DNA of 64,000 bases from Nageia nagi (lineage: Eukaryota > Plantae > Pinophyta): NCBI GenBank assembly GCA_050084985.1, contig JBITNC010000002.1, forward strand, positions 38,130,001 to 38,194,000, given 5' to 3'. A program made the position numbers and the translations under genes. Below the pieces are notes generated by a model, which had not been told where the DNA came from, searched no databases, and was given only the letters and a program-made list of their open reading frames with translations. Below, piece after piece: positions 23,600-37,865 of the stretch (its first letter is position 1; each line of letters starts with the position of its first letter).

Positions 23600-26587
23600 A
23601 ATGTGTAACAATATAAAACATCAAACTTCTTGTCCTAAATGTCATAAATGTAGCAACAAATAGTTCCAAAAGTGGAATGCAAAATACAACAGTGTGCAAC
23701 CCCAAAAACATAATCCGGAACAATAAAACACAACAGTAGATGCAATCCCAACAATCTTCATAATTGTTTTCCCAAATATTAGAAATGTAGCCTCGAAAAT
23801 CAATGAACATACAATCATCTCAAGTACAACATCAGTCCACCATTTCATATGAAATGCAACCAAATACATTACCAAAAGTGCAACAAATATCTTCATCACA
23901 CTTGTCCAAAATACCCAAAATGCTTAACAACACTTCCCTTTGCAAAATTATTAATGCACACATTCAAATCAATGAGAAATGACCAATCTTTAGCTTCTTG
24001 TTTCAACTTCTATGATCCCTCAATCACATCAACGATACATTCACTCTTCTCATCTTTTTTTTTACCAATGGTTTTACAAATTGCTAGACATGGAAAAACA
24101 TCTTTCTTCATCGTTGCATGCTCATGAATTACTACAAGTGCCATCTCAATATTCAACAAGAATGACTTTTTTCCCAACGTTCACATAATTATCAAAACTT
24201 TCCAAAAATAAAGAACTATTGTCATAAAATTCAAAATCTATGTCATACCTTTTTAACCTGTCTCTATGGCTATTCCAACTCTCAAGAAGGTGGACATCCA
24301 TCACTAAATCTGAGTTAGTTTTCTCCTTGCAAATAATCTTCGATCATGTACCAAATACTCACATCCCATGGAACTATAGGTTGATATTCTACAATTGGAA
24401 GATTGTGCTCACCAAAACTCATCATGACTAAAAACACACCTCCATGTGTAGATCTAGGCTCTCCAAACGTGGATCTAAGCTGTTCGAGTGTAGATTTAGT
24501 GTCCCCATGTGTAGATCTAAGCTCCTCATGAACTCTCCATGTGTAGATCTATGCTTCTCATGCATAGATATAGGCTCCACCTCCATCATGAATGCACTAG
24601 CAACACAAGAAATTATCTCCATCTTCTTTGTCATAACTATGAGAAACATTTTGAGATTTTTTCGTACATAATTCATGTGTTAAGGGAGCTTCTTCATCAA
24701 CACAAGAAATTATCTCCATCTTCTTTGTCATAACTATCAGAAACATTTTGAGATTTTTTCGTACATAATTCATGTGTTAAGGGAGCTTCTTCATCAACAA
24801 TTTATAATTTGTCTTCAAGATAAAAATTAGCCATCTCCATAACATTTTCTTTGCCTACTTCCTCAAGTGACAAAGCAATTTCTTCATTTTTATCTTCTTA
24901 CATTTTTTTTTCTACTACCCTCTTCATTTCTTCAACTTTTGCTTCAAGATCCATGACTGATTTCTTTTTGACATCAAATCCATTATTTCTCCAATTCTTA
25001 TTTGACTTCTTCCCCAATAGCTCCAGGAATAGGTGAACTGTCACACCCTTCTTGAATGCTTCAAATCGCACCATGTACTCTTGATACAATGCATCCATCT
25101 CATCCATCATAGCATGCATGGGAAACCAACATTTTCATTATCTTGTCTGCCATGGCCCAATACTTATTGTTAGAATCCATCTCTCCAAAAACGATAAATC
25201 TCACTTCAACAAAAATCAAATCACGAACCCTAAGTATTTAGTTGAATTACTCAAATGGAATACAAACTCTAGATTCACAAAGATCATTCAAATCCAAATC
25301 CTAACTCAAAGCTGAAACTCAGATATTGCAAATCACAATTATTATGAAACCCTAAGTAATAAATCGCAATTAAGTCTAAGTACCAAGAAACTCCTAATGC
25401 TTTAAATAAATCAACAAACCCTCAAATCATGAAGCCACGGTGTAGAATCTCTAAATCAACCAAATGGGTATCTAAATCTGCTCTTTAATACTCAAAACCC
25501 TTTAAAAAAATACAATTCATTAAAAAAATGAATCAAAATTCATAGAAATTGCTAAATCTCACCATAAATTAATAAAAACAATTTTGAAAATGATACAAAA
25601 TAGAGCTTAATGGGTACTCAAATCAACCTTCAAAAGTGTCTAAAAAAATTTCCAACGCTAATCTACTCAAGGTTGTTGATTCAGAAAAAATTTAACAAAT
25701 AAATTTTAGATTTGCAACTATTCAAAAATATACACTAAATACGAAAATTGCTTACAAGCACCACACATAATTTTTTTTGGATCCACAATTACAATGATTA
25801 CATTAAAGGGTACCACAAAATCACATCAATACCTCAATATAAATTTGTCAAGGGTTGGAAATCCCCTAAGGGGGTGAAATGTGTGATAAAACCCTAGAAA
25901 AGTCCTCCAAAAAATGGACAAACTCCTCCAAAGTTTGGTTGCATTGAATACTATTGGAAACCACACTAAAACTGCCACACAAACATTGAATGTTGAGATT
26001 GGGATCTAAACACCAACTTTGAAATCCCAATTGAAACCCCTAGATGGATATGACTCTCATATTCAAGGGATCAACCCTAAAATTCCAACCAAATAGCAAC
26101 GATCGACCTTATCTATTAGAATGGCTACCTTTTGAAGAATGGGATCAACCCTAATCTCCACAAGGGTTGAGTAAAGGATCAACCTTTTACTCCAAAACCA
26201 CAAGGATTCACAAAATAATAATATGACATGCCAAAATGAGGAATGCTCCACAGATATATATAGACTATTTCTAATTGTTTGTTGTGTGGCCCCCATAGCT
26301 TAACACTACTTTATGTTATGACTTCACAATTATTTTAATACAAAACACACTATTAATACTCCTAACATAGTATTTTAATACTTAGAACATTCCTAACAAT
26401 ACAAAATGGGGCATCCAACTTCTTAGCGCATATTGGCTTTTTAACTTAGCCAATTTTATATGATATAACATAACAATAAATGGAGCCACTTCTTAGCCCA
26501 TATTGGCTTTTTAACTTAACCAATTTTATATGATATAACATTACAATAAGTGGGGCCCACACAATACACAAAAATGGGGACATTACA
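23600..26587 (-). mobile_element. Truncated Gypsy-like element: LTR at about 25846-26587 plus decayed internal region
   Basis: The minus-strand start is TGTAATGTCCCC at 26587, with a TGACA end near 25846 followed by a heavily decayed PBS-like sequence. The LTR has an internal tandem duplication of about 69 bp (26419-26558). The left boundary is approximate. Confidence 0.5.
24601..24794. repeat. Near-perfect tandem duplication, 2 x 97 bp
   Basis: caacacaagaaattatctcc...gggagcttcttcat occurs twice; one substitution seen (actatg vs actatc). Confidence 0.92.
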
Positions 26588-26636
26588 CTTTATCTAGATG
26601 TTTCATGCATTATGGTTGATATAGCTTTATCCACCA

Positions 26637-27075
26637 TGTTGAACAAGGGTCACCCTATTATCCATTGATTCATAAAGGGTGGACTTGTTTATATAAGCAA
26701 CCTAGTTGTGGTTGAAATGTATAAAGAGTAAGTGAACATATGTAGGAATATGGAGAGTGAGTTGTAGTGGGATGGAGCATTGTGTGAAATGCTACGAAGT
26801 CCAATGTGTGAGCATGCAAGCTATGCTTTATGCTATGGAGAGACTTGGTTGAGAGATCCATTCTTGTGTACATATTGTTTGAGAGAATATATGAGGAGGT
26901 CACCCTTTTAGAGTGGATGTTTCCTATACTTCGGTGGAGGTTTTACCACCATAATCCTTTGTATTCATGTCTCATTTGTGGATGATTCTTTGTTATCTAT
27001 TTACTTTCATCTTAATATGTTAGTTACACATTAACTTGATATTTTGTATATCTCCAAGATTCTATCATGGTATCA
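26637..27075 (+). mobile_element. LTR (about 430 bp) plus tRNA-Met primer-binding site, Copia-like; internal coding region lost
   Basis: TGTTGA...CTATCA directly followed by TGGTATCA (27068-27075); TATATAA near 26690. Confidence 0.6.
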
Positions 27076-27731
27076 AATCTTCTTGGAGGCAACTATGTAA
27101 CATCACAGTAAGAAGAAGAATGTTGTTCTCATTTTCTTTGTGAAGTTTTTTCTTTTATGCAATAGTCAAATTTGGAGTATTCTACGAAGGATTTAAATAT
27201 TTACTAAGTATTATGTTTGTCAAGCAATCCTAGTAAGTTTTACCTTGAAATTTTTTGAGACATTTAACCAAATATGTATTAAATTTTTACAAACAACTTG
27301 CATTCATAGGTTGTTTTGTAAAAGAAAAATAGATGATATTTTTAACATTCTGTCAAACTATATGTTGATATATTTTATTTTAAAAATTATATTGAACCTG
27401 TGTTTGCTTCATGAATCCTAACTTCTAGAGCTCTCATGGTTGCACTTAATAAAAGGATGTTGGTATAGGTTTGAATGATAGGCTTTTAACCTGCCAATGT
27501 ATATGTTAAAGTTTTCATGATATCACTTGACAATTTGTTCTATGCATAGCCTATGATATTTGTGTCCAGGAGATTGCACTTGGATGAGTTATAAAACCAC
27601 ATTCATTTTATGCATAGCCTCTGACCTTCACATACAAGAGATTGCATTTGGATGAGGCATTTTTATCTATTACATAAGTCCTCGAATCCATTTTTTGCAC
27701 AATATATGATCTTGTGTCTTGCATTTGACAA

Positions 27732-27966
27732 AGGCATGATGGATAGGACAAGCCTGCTCTCTTCTATTTTATTTCAAAAGTGTGGCTCTATTTAATACTA
27801 AAGGCATAAGAAATTTTTTTTGCACAATCTTATCCATTGTTTTGCACAATATATATATAATTCTTTCAAAACCCTAGTTGGGGAGGCATGATGGATTGGA
27901 TAGACTTGCTCTCTTCTATTTTATTTCAAAAGTGTGGCTCTATTTAATACTAAAGGCATAAGAAAA
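27732..27966. repeat. Direct repeat of about 82 bp, period about 153 bp
   Basis: aggcatgatggat...aaaagtgtggctctatttaatactaaaggcataagaaa near 27732 and near 27885. Confidence 0.85.
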
Positions 27967-28599
27967 ATGACATTATAAATATAATATTAACCAAAAACAA
28001 TATATGGAGAAACTATTCTTTTTCTTAAGGATAGAAAATTATATTTTTATATAATTAACAAAAGGTTTCTTCACATATTTAATCAAATTTAATGGGTAAT
28101 TCAATTGGATGATTGCCTTATTTGATTGGACAAGAAAAATGTTATAAAAATCATGATTATACTATTGTGATATATTGACATATTTAAATAAAAGGTATTC
28201 CATGATTTAATCGTTACTTTGTAAGTTTCTTAGCTATTTTTTATTTGCAGGAACAATTTTGACCACCACATTTGCTTCTTTAGAATATTTTTTGTCTACC
28301 TTTCTTAAAAATAATAAAACCAAAAAACTTTATGAAAATAACACAAAATATTTCTTTAAATTTAATTGTACTTGTATTATATTAACCTTACAAAAATCAT
28401 CTTCAAATTGATCAAATGATCATCCATTTTATTTAACTTATTTATATATTATATCATATCATAAGAGATGCTGGCCATGACCCTTTGATAAATAATATAT
28501 GTATTCTCAATATCAAAATATATAAGAGGGGATTTAGATATTTGAACTCTACATGCAAGTTACTTTAAGGTTTTTGGTTTCCATATCCCATATTCCTTT

Positions 28600-31500
28600 T
28601 GGGGTTTTTGCAAGATATCTTCAGATTTGACAAGTACCTGTATATACACTACCTAGGGTGGCATTGTCCTAGCTTTTAAGTGAATGACAAAGTTGTTAGA
28701 AATGATGTCAATGAAATGCCCTCACAAGTTCGTATTGAAGGTGTTCTATGAGGTAAAGGCTTTATTCCTAAAGTTAGCATTCTCTGAATGGGGTTTTTGC
28801 ATATGAGTGGTATAAAAGTCATTCTTTGGTTGGATATTTTTGGGTCATATTCTGAATGATATGTTGATTCGTGAGTGCATTAAGCAAGTATGGAATCCTT
28901 ATGGTATTAGGGTTGAAATATTCAGAACTTAACCAAAGAGTTTTTCCTCTTTCGCTTTTCCGATCCCTCTCAGAATCAGAAAGAGAGGTCCTTGGTCTAT
29001 TCATAGCTCTTTATTGATTTTTCAGCAATATAGTTGAAGCTTCATAGGTAGCGATGAGGCTTATTTAGAAGTTCTCATTTTGGTTGAGTTCCTTGGTCTT
29101 TTGATTCCTCTCTAACATTTATTTAATAAGATTATAGCTTCAATTGGGAATTTTGTTTGTATGGAGTTGACTAAACTCTACTCTATTCTCCCTAATAAGC
29201 ATGTTTATATTAAATTTGATTATCTAAAGACCTCCATGGATGAATTGATATGGAAATTGGTTAGCATTACATTCGATAATGAGTGGCTTATATCAAGTTA
29301 CTAAACACATGTTATTGTTGTCAATTTGTAGTGCATAAGATAAAATATTATTCATTTATAGAGGATAAGTTTAAACCTCGTTCACCTTCCCCATCCTCTT
29401 CCACCTAATGGATTCGACTAATAAAGACAAAGGAGATCAAGAGGAGTGGAATATTATGACTTACCAGAAGAATCGTGAAAATAAGAGTAGTCAATGGAGC
29501 CTAGCCCCACTTTGCCATAAGTTTCTATTAATAACCTAATTGTGCAACCATCATCTTCCACTCTAATGTTGGTTTATTAAGATATTCCTATCATCCAACC
29601 TTTGGCTACAATTACCAATTTATAGTTTGGTCCATCTTCTTCTTAAGTAGTTGTTGAGACTCAGTCTCTTCCTACTTTTAGCTTCCTTAAGGAATTTATC
29701 TCTTGTGCTTTCAAATAAGCCTTCCTTGAGGAGGATTATAATTATAAAGCTCATCGTTCTCACAACCCTTCACAACATGGGGTGGAATTTGGTCAGGACA
29801 AACGTCATTGAATAAAGGAAGTTTGACATCAAATGGTTTTTTTATGAGAACAAATAACAACTTGTTTTTAACCTATTCAAGTCCCTTGGCAATTGGGTGA
29901 CACGGAGAATGTCATATAAATCATGAACTTTGATAGGTCAACTTCATGATATTTTTCTCAAGGAATGTAAGAGAATTGATAGACCCAGTCTGAAAATACA
30001 CAATTTGTAGTGAGTTAGTGAATGCTACTCACTTGTATGTAAGTCTAGATTTTGTTTGTTTACAAGAAGTTAAAATAGATGAGTTCATTCTTCAATGTAC
30101 ATGTAACTTTCTTTATTCATGCAGTTTTTTCATGCCATTAATATTTCTTTTGGCAAAGGAGCAATCACTTTCATAGAACCCAAGTGGCAATCAAATATAG
30201 TGACATGGGGAGCTAACCCCTCAAATCAGATAGTTTGAACATTGCTTGAGATAGATGGTCATCCTTTTGGTATTATCAATGTGTATGCCTCAAATGATGC
30301 TCCTAATATATGTTCCCTCCGATGTTGGTTATATTTTTATATGCCACATGCAGTCTAAATATTTTGTGGTGCTTGAATATGATTGAGAATCCTTTTAATA
30401 ACATAGGGAAACTTCTTATGAGATGGAATGTTGGAGAAAGATACGTGTGGTATTTTATGAAAAACAAAGTTAGTCTTTCACATCCCAACTCTTATTTTTA
30501 CTTCAAAGTTTCATGAAGCAACCTAGTTTACCTAGTCCAACTTTCAAGTTGAACATGCCAAAGTGTTGAAGTAGTTAGATGGGGCTGTGCTTATAGAGAA
30601 CTCCACATTTAATTTCCCACGCTATTGCCTGAGGTATCTTTTCATCTGGAAGCTTGCCCTTTTAGTTCTTCTCTTTAAGCTCATGTTTCCATTTTACACC
30701 ATGAGATAAAAAAAAGTTAAGCTTTATGAGACCCAGAGGACTTCGCTTCCTACAAAATTACACTGGCTTCAAATTGGAGATAAAGTCTTAAAATATTTTT
30801 TCCAAAAGATTGAGAGATCCTACCTAGGAAACATAATTTTAGACTATCCAAGTTATAGGTGAGAGATATATTGCCCTTTATGATATCATTATTGCTTTTA
30901 TGCATCATTACCATAAAGTTTTTGCATCTTAATTGCTTACTTCAACTCAACAAAAAGTATTGCATGAATGTTGTGTTGTTGTTCTAAAGAAGCTTTCTAA
31001 TGAGCAAAAAGAGTCTTATGATAAGTGTTTGACCCTTGAGGACCTCTTAGAAGCTCTTTCTTAGATGGCCAATGAGAAGGCCCTTGGTTTGGATGGTTTT
31101 CCTTGTAAATTTTACAAAGAATTTTGGGACATGGTTAGCCCAGATCTTCTTAATGTCTATAATGCAGCTTTGATTTACGGCTCTTTGTGGGCCATCATCA
31201 ATAAAAGTAATCTTAAATGAATCCCCAAAGTTGGTGAACCCAATTTTATTACCAATTGGAGGCCTATTACTCTACTTCATGTGAGTTATAAAACTATTTC
31301 CAAGGCCTTAGATTTTAAATTAGACCTTTGCTTCCTCTTATTTTTTGACCTAAACAGATTGAGCTTGTTCAAAGCAAGTATATTCTTGATAATTTTCTTT
31401 CAGTTTGGGAAGGTATGGAATGGGTAAGATCTTCAAACTAGGATATGTTGTTTATAAAAATTGATTTTGATAAGGCTTATAATAAATTTAAGTGGTATTT

Positions 31501-32228
31501 CATCCTTACCATGTTGTAGACACTAACTTTTAGCCCTCAATTTATTCATTTTTTCAATATAGCTTTTTCCAGTTTAAAACCATTATCCTTTTTATCGTAC
31601 AATTAGGTAGGGTTATCTGTTGGCTTTTTGTTTGTTTATTCTTGCAACAAAATATTTTGGTTATTTTCATGCTCATAGGGTTGCTCATAGCTCTATCTGG
31701 GGCATTTCCCTCTCCAATTCCTAAAGTCACCTAGTTAATGGTTATTTTACAGATGATTCCTTGACTATTTAGGAAGATGAGGAATCAGTTGTGTCTACCT
31801 TAGCATGGTTGGATACTTTTTGTTTCACTTTTGGTTCTAGTATCTAATGGAAGAAAGCCTCTTACCTCAAACAAGCCCTAAAAACCCTTCCCAATTGGAT
31901 TTCCTAATATCAATGGCATTGGATTCAACATGGTGAGATTTTTAAATTCTTAGGAATTCTTTTTACCCTACTCAACTATGGTATTTTGTGATTTAAAAAT
32001 TCAAGAAAAATCTTTGTTATTAGAATATCAAGAAGCATTTCTTAGCAAGAAAAATCCATATTTATTTTAAGATCTTAACCACTACCCATGTGTATTACTC
32101 CTCTTGTTGGGTCCCTTCAAAAGCCTACTATAAGAAGTTGGAAATTTTATTGAGGGATTTTTGATGGGCAAATGTTTCTCAAAAGAAAGAATTTCATAGA
32201 GTTGCTTAGGATATTTTTTGTCTTCCTA
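28600..32228 (+). mobile_element. Highly decayed L1-clade LINE (ORF1 remnant, endonuclease, reverse transcriptase)
   Basis: DFVCLQEVK (about 30049), IINVYA (about 30273), KALGLDGFPCKFYK (about 31077), NWRPITLL (about 31254), IDFDKAYN (about 31460), FTDD (about 31746), VA*DIFCLP (about 32201). Confidence 0.85.
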
Positions 32229-32479
32229 TTATAACAAGAATTAACACCCCTTCAGCTATGAGGTTGATGTAGTACCATATTTCTCACCCTGAATACTATG
32301 CAATAAAGATTCAAAGGGTCTACAAAAAGAATAATGATGAAGAGCTTATCTATTTTCGTGATATCTTGCTTTTTGATATCTAACACCTTGCATGCACAAA
32401 TGTATTAATGGGAAACTTCAATTTCCAAATCCTTGAGACCTTGGAGATGAGCTAGTAGGGTGAAACCCTAGCTAAAAGG

Positions 32480-35400
32480 CAATGTAAGCCCCCTTGTATA
32501 TGATAAAATAGACAACATAAATTAGCTTCATGCCTAATGCAAAATGATATGCTATGTTATGCTATGCTAGAATGCTTTCTTTTTATTTTTATGTTTGATA
32601 AAATAATGTGCATGTTAAATATATATGCTAAAATGCTTGTGCATGTTATAGATCTATGCTTTATGCTAATGATAAATGCTCAAATACTAAAAGTATTGAT
32701 AAAGCCTAAATTATTAAAATCCTAGAATGATTTAAACATGCAACTACATGCACACTAAAAAATGAAATCTAAGCTAAAATATGGATACATGTCATCTTCA
32801 TAACTCCAAATGCCTCTATATATTTGCAAAAACTCATAAGCATGTTGTGATTCCACTAAAATGGTGAAAAATATCTCGTATGTTCATGGTGTAGTTGCTT
32901 TAGAATTCAAAAGGTGTGACATGCAATGCTATATGGATTAGTGTATTTAGGTTTATCTTAAGGTGAGTATGGATCATAGGTTCATCTCAAAGGATAACAA
33001 AGGTTAGAATTCAAAATGGATCCAAATAGATAAAATGAAATGCCTTTGACCTATATACAAGACTCAAACCTAACTGGCATATCGATTGAGTGGTTGAAAT
33101 CTCTATTAGGGTTTACAGATTGATTGACATGTCAAATTATTGATGTAACTATTCTTTGACTGTGTTTGACTAACATTGATGTGACTATGACAGGATGAAT
33201 TAGTAACCCGATTGGTAGGATGAATTATTTGACTGATGTGATTATGCTTTGATCGAGTTTGACTAACATTGATGTTGGCTAAGATATGTGTACTCAAGAT
33301 ATGCAATTTTGAGGTTTCTACAAATGCCCCCTTTTGAGATGAATCTTGCAAGCAAGACATAGCATAAAAGAGAAGGATGTCATGATTTATTGATGAAAGA
33401 TGCAACTTTGATCAATGACATGATGATGATCAATGATGTAGTAAATTCTAAATGATATTTGATTGACAAGGATGGTGGATGGATGTAGGTATGAAAATCT
33501 ACTTCATGTCAAGGGACAAGTGCTAAATGCTTTCAAAGAGATGGTTAATGCTAAATGATCTAGTTTATGACAACATGCTATTATATTTATCTGATGACAT
33601 GTTATGCTCAATAATGTGATCCTGATAAATTTTTCCCAAGTAATTGTGGACAAAGAAATAATGCTAACCTTACCCCTTGTTGAATGGATTGCAAGAGATG
33701 ATACTCAAAATGATAATATTTTCCCCATTTTAAATGGATCACAAAGATGACAATCCTCATGATTATATTACCCCATGTTTAATGGATCACAAGATATCAT
33801 AATGCTCAAAATGATAATATTTGCCCCATGTTAAATGGATCACAAAGATGATAATGCTAATGATTATCTTTTCCCATGCTTAATGGATTGTAAGGGATAA
33901 TGTTCATGCTAAAGATAATGATATGAAGGTGACTTCTTGACCCCATGTTAAATGGATTGTAAAGAAAAACTCTCTTCACCCCATGTTGAATGGATCGTAA
34001 GGAGGATAATGCTCATCATATGATCACAACAAGATAATGATAATTTTTTTTCAATTAATGATAAACAAAGGATTATGCTCAGGGATAATATTAAATCCAA
34101 TATGTATGATGGTGTTGCCAATAATAAAGATGATAAACATGAGCAAATTAAGAGATTTATTCATCTCTAAGTCATTATCACTTATTCCACAATATTATGT
34201 TTCTCTTACAAACCATGATAGTCAACAACCTATGATCAACCCCAAGGGATTGATTATAAGGCAACCAGATAATATGATTATGATCTAAGTGGTTGTACCC
34301 TCATTGGGAACTAAGGTATATGGGAAGTGATAATGATGTTGAGTCAAATAGACCTCAAAGATATGTGCCTTTGATGATATGATAATGATAATAAGATGCA
34401 AGGCACGCTTGATGAAAGCATAGGGATAATGAAAATAGAAAATAAACAAGATGTGACATATACAATGATAACATAGTATATACAATTATGATATAGAAAA
34501 CATGATGACATAATGAAAAATGATGAACAACAATGATGAATACAAAGGATGAGAAGATACAAAAATAAAGAAGACTCATGATGGTTCTAGGAGGTGATTT
34601 AAGGTTTTCCTACCTTGTAGTCTCCATTTCTAGAGGATTGTAAAAGAGGAGCAGGATCTAGTATCGACTCCTAGGATGACAAGATTAAAACAAAACTTGA
34701 TAAGAAAGCTGATGTGATAATACTTGATACTAAGATGACAGCACATGATCAATGCTCAAGGATATTGTCTAACTCATTGGCTCATCTAACAAATTCATAA
34801 GAAGATGGTGGCTTCACATTATGATAAGCATGTTGAGTCGATGTAGAAGCATGTACTTGATTCACACCATGATTAGGCAAAGGGTTATTAAAAACTTACA
34901 AGAATTGATTTGGTGGTGTGATTGAATTGATATTTGCTCATAGTATATAAGATCTTAGATCACATGTTTCAACTGCATGCACCCATTTGTGTTATGCCCT
35001 ATGATACTCACAATATTCATTCTCTTTGTACCAAGGTTGAGTGTATGCATAAGGATTTTATTTGACTTTTGATTATGTTATAATGTTTGCTTGTGTCAAC
35101 CATTTCACGATATGCTATAAAGGCTCTACCAAAAGAGTGAAAGATCTCTTTTTCTTTTATGCTTGATTGCTTATTTGATCTGGCTCATGCAAAATTGGTT
35201 ATTGAGGAGTTCTTTATTGTTGAATTGCTATGATGGGTTGAGCTTGATTAACATCATATGATACTTGATTAATATGTAGCTTTTAATATGCTTGATTATT
35301 GTTGCCACTATTGTTATGCTTTTGATCAATGATATTGTTCTTTTTGTTCAGCTTGATGTCATGTGATTGAATCTTGAATTCTTTGATAAGATTTGCTTGC

Positions 35401-37865
35401 AATTGTGCTTTCTTAAAAGACTAGTATTGTTGTATTTGCAAGATAGAAAATATTTTCTTATTACAACTTTTGTTAAACAATTTGATGAGCTCTTCTTTTG
35501 CTAAAGAATAGAATAAATCATTCGTAATAGCTCTCCATCTTTCTACATAATCGTTGGTTGATTTATCATCAAACTATGATATTATTCTTAAATATGTGAT
35601 AGATGCTCTCTTTCTCATATCAATAGCAAAATGGTCCAAAAAGATATTAGCCAATTATTCAAAGGAGTATATGCTATGTTGGGGAAAATTCTTGTACCAA
35701 TCCAAAGCTTGGCCTGCTAATATCATTGGAAATGTTTTAAGCATGAGAACATCATCATTTCTTATGATGTAGAAAGAGTACTTGAATTTTCCTAAGTGTT
35801 CTCTTAGATCTTCTTTACCTTTAAATTTTTCCATATGAGTCACTTCAAACTTGTAAGAGAATTGCTTGATAGGAACCATGGGGTTGGTTGGTTCGTTGAA
35901 AATTGAATGATAAGATGTCTTGATTTTGCTTTGACTATTGATCTTGAGCTTCATATTATGTAACTTCTATAAGATGTCATCATGCATAGTTGGGTTGTTG
36001 ATTTGTCATACTTTGTACTTGATATGTTGGTTGATAACCTTGTTGTAGTCTTTTTCCTAATGGTTGATTCCATGTTTGATTAGCTAGATGAGTCATTTGA
36101 TTGTTGTATTGTTGAGTTTGATATGATGGTTGATTCAAAATATGTTGAAAAGGTTGAGCTTGACTCACATGTTGAGAAGCTTGATTAATGATATTTTGAG
36201 GACACATTTATTGCAAGTTGCTTGGTGTTTGATTCGTATCATGTTGGTTTAATTGATATAAAATATTTGGTTATTAAACATGAGAAACTTGTTGAGGTTG
36301 AATTTAATTTTGATTAGGGATCCTTCAAGGCATGAGATTATGATGTAGCTTTAAACCATGTGATGTGCCTTGATTAAGAAAATGTTTGCACAACCAAAGG
36401 AGGTGCACTATAAGACATAACTTGCTGAGTGTGATGATAAGACATAGATCCATGATTAACATTGATAGGTTGTATACTTGATATCACTTGAGACATACTT
36501 GTTGAAGGTAATGATGTGGCCAAGGGATCTTGTGAAACCATTTGTTGCATTGCTTGATTTTAAATTTGAGTTGTTGCAACAATTGGCGATGTGGTGACAA
36601 ATGAAGGATCATAATATAAAGGATCAACATGTTGAATAAAATTGTGAGATAAAGTTGGTAGCCCTTATTACTCTTAATATGAAGGAAAAAGGTCTAAAGG
36701 AGCCACCATTAATTGAGAAGGATAAGGTTTTTGAAAGTCAATCAAAGCCATCTCTTTATGTCTATGATGAGATAAATCCAAATTTTGATGTTGAGGTTTC
36801 AAAAATAAAGGTTCCCTAACTTGATCATAAGATAAGAAATGTTGACTAGGCTTAAATTATTCTAACAACATTTGAACATTAGGATCAATAATAAAAAGTT
36901 CTTGCAAATCAATGACATCTTGGGGTGAATGAATAGGAACTTGAAACAAGGGATTGATGTGTAAGTAAGGTTCAATGTTTCTATGTGCTTGTGACATGTG
37001 AAGTCTAGGAGAATGTTGAGGTTGACATGTTTGTTTTCCTTCCTCTGTAACTTGTTTTTCTTTAGTTTGTGCTCTTATTTCTTCTAGATTCACATAAAGA
37101 TCATCCATTTCTTTAAAGTGTCAAATATAGAAAAGATTAAACGGTTTATCCCAATAGCGCCAAGCCAATAGACAATCAACCTAAAAATGTTGTTATGGCC
37201 TTGCTTTAGTGTATGCAAACATGCATTTAACCACAAACAACCTATATGATTTTCAAGATTGCTAATGATATATGCTCAAATACTAAAAGTATTGATAAAA
37301 CCTAAATGATTAAAATCCTATAATGATTTTAGACTATATGCAACTACATGCAAACAATAAAAATAAAATCTAAGCTAAAAGAAGAATGCATGTCTTCATA
37401 GCTCCAAATACCTCCATGCACTTGCAAAAAATCAAAAGCATGTTGCAACTTCGTCGAAATGGTGGAAAAGCTCTCATATGTTCATGGTGGTTGCCATAGG
37501 ATTCAAAAGGTATGACATGCAATGCTATATGGATTAGGTTTTCAAGTTTGGCTCAAGGTGATGATGGATGAGAGGTTCATCTTAGAAAATAACGAAGGTC
37601 ATAATTCAAAATGGATCCATAAAGACAAAATAAAATGCTTTAGACCTATATACAAAACTTAAACCTAAGTTACAGACATATCAACTGATTGTTCAACATC
37701 CTGATTAGAGTTTACAGGTTGATTAACATGTCGATTGGCTGACCAACAGGTCGATTGATAGGATGGATTATTTAAGTAATGCGACTATGCTCTAATCAGG
37801 TTTTATTGATGCTGATGTTGGCTAAGACATGTGTGCTTAAGATATGCAATTTTGAGGTATCTACA
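32480..37865 (-). mobile_element. Non-autonomous Gypsy (Tat/Athila-like) LTR element with two LTRs and a gag remnant, no pol
   Basis: Similar blocks 32665-33321 and 37261-37865 both start TGTAGA on -. PPT AAAAGGGGGCA lies next to 33321, and a PBS-like TGGCGC at 37162-37157. The gag remnant reads MEKFKGKEDLREHL.KF...KTFPMILAGQALDWY (35655-35954). The left boundary is uncertain. Confidence 0.8.
33670..34000. repeat. Degenerate tandem array of about 50 bp (7 units) upstream of the PPT
   Basis: Core CCCATGTTAAATGGATC variants near 33673, 33723, 33772, 33824, 33873, 33941 and 33978. Confidence 0.85.

Noticed and set aside
33670-34000. CRISPR-like appearance (palindromic repeats with spacers)
   Set aside because: The linkers resemble one another, the repeats are degenerate, there are no cas genes, and the array sits inside a plant LTR element.
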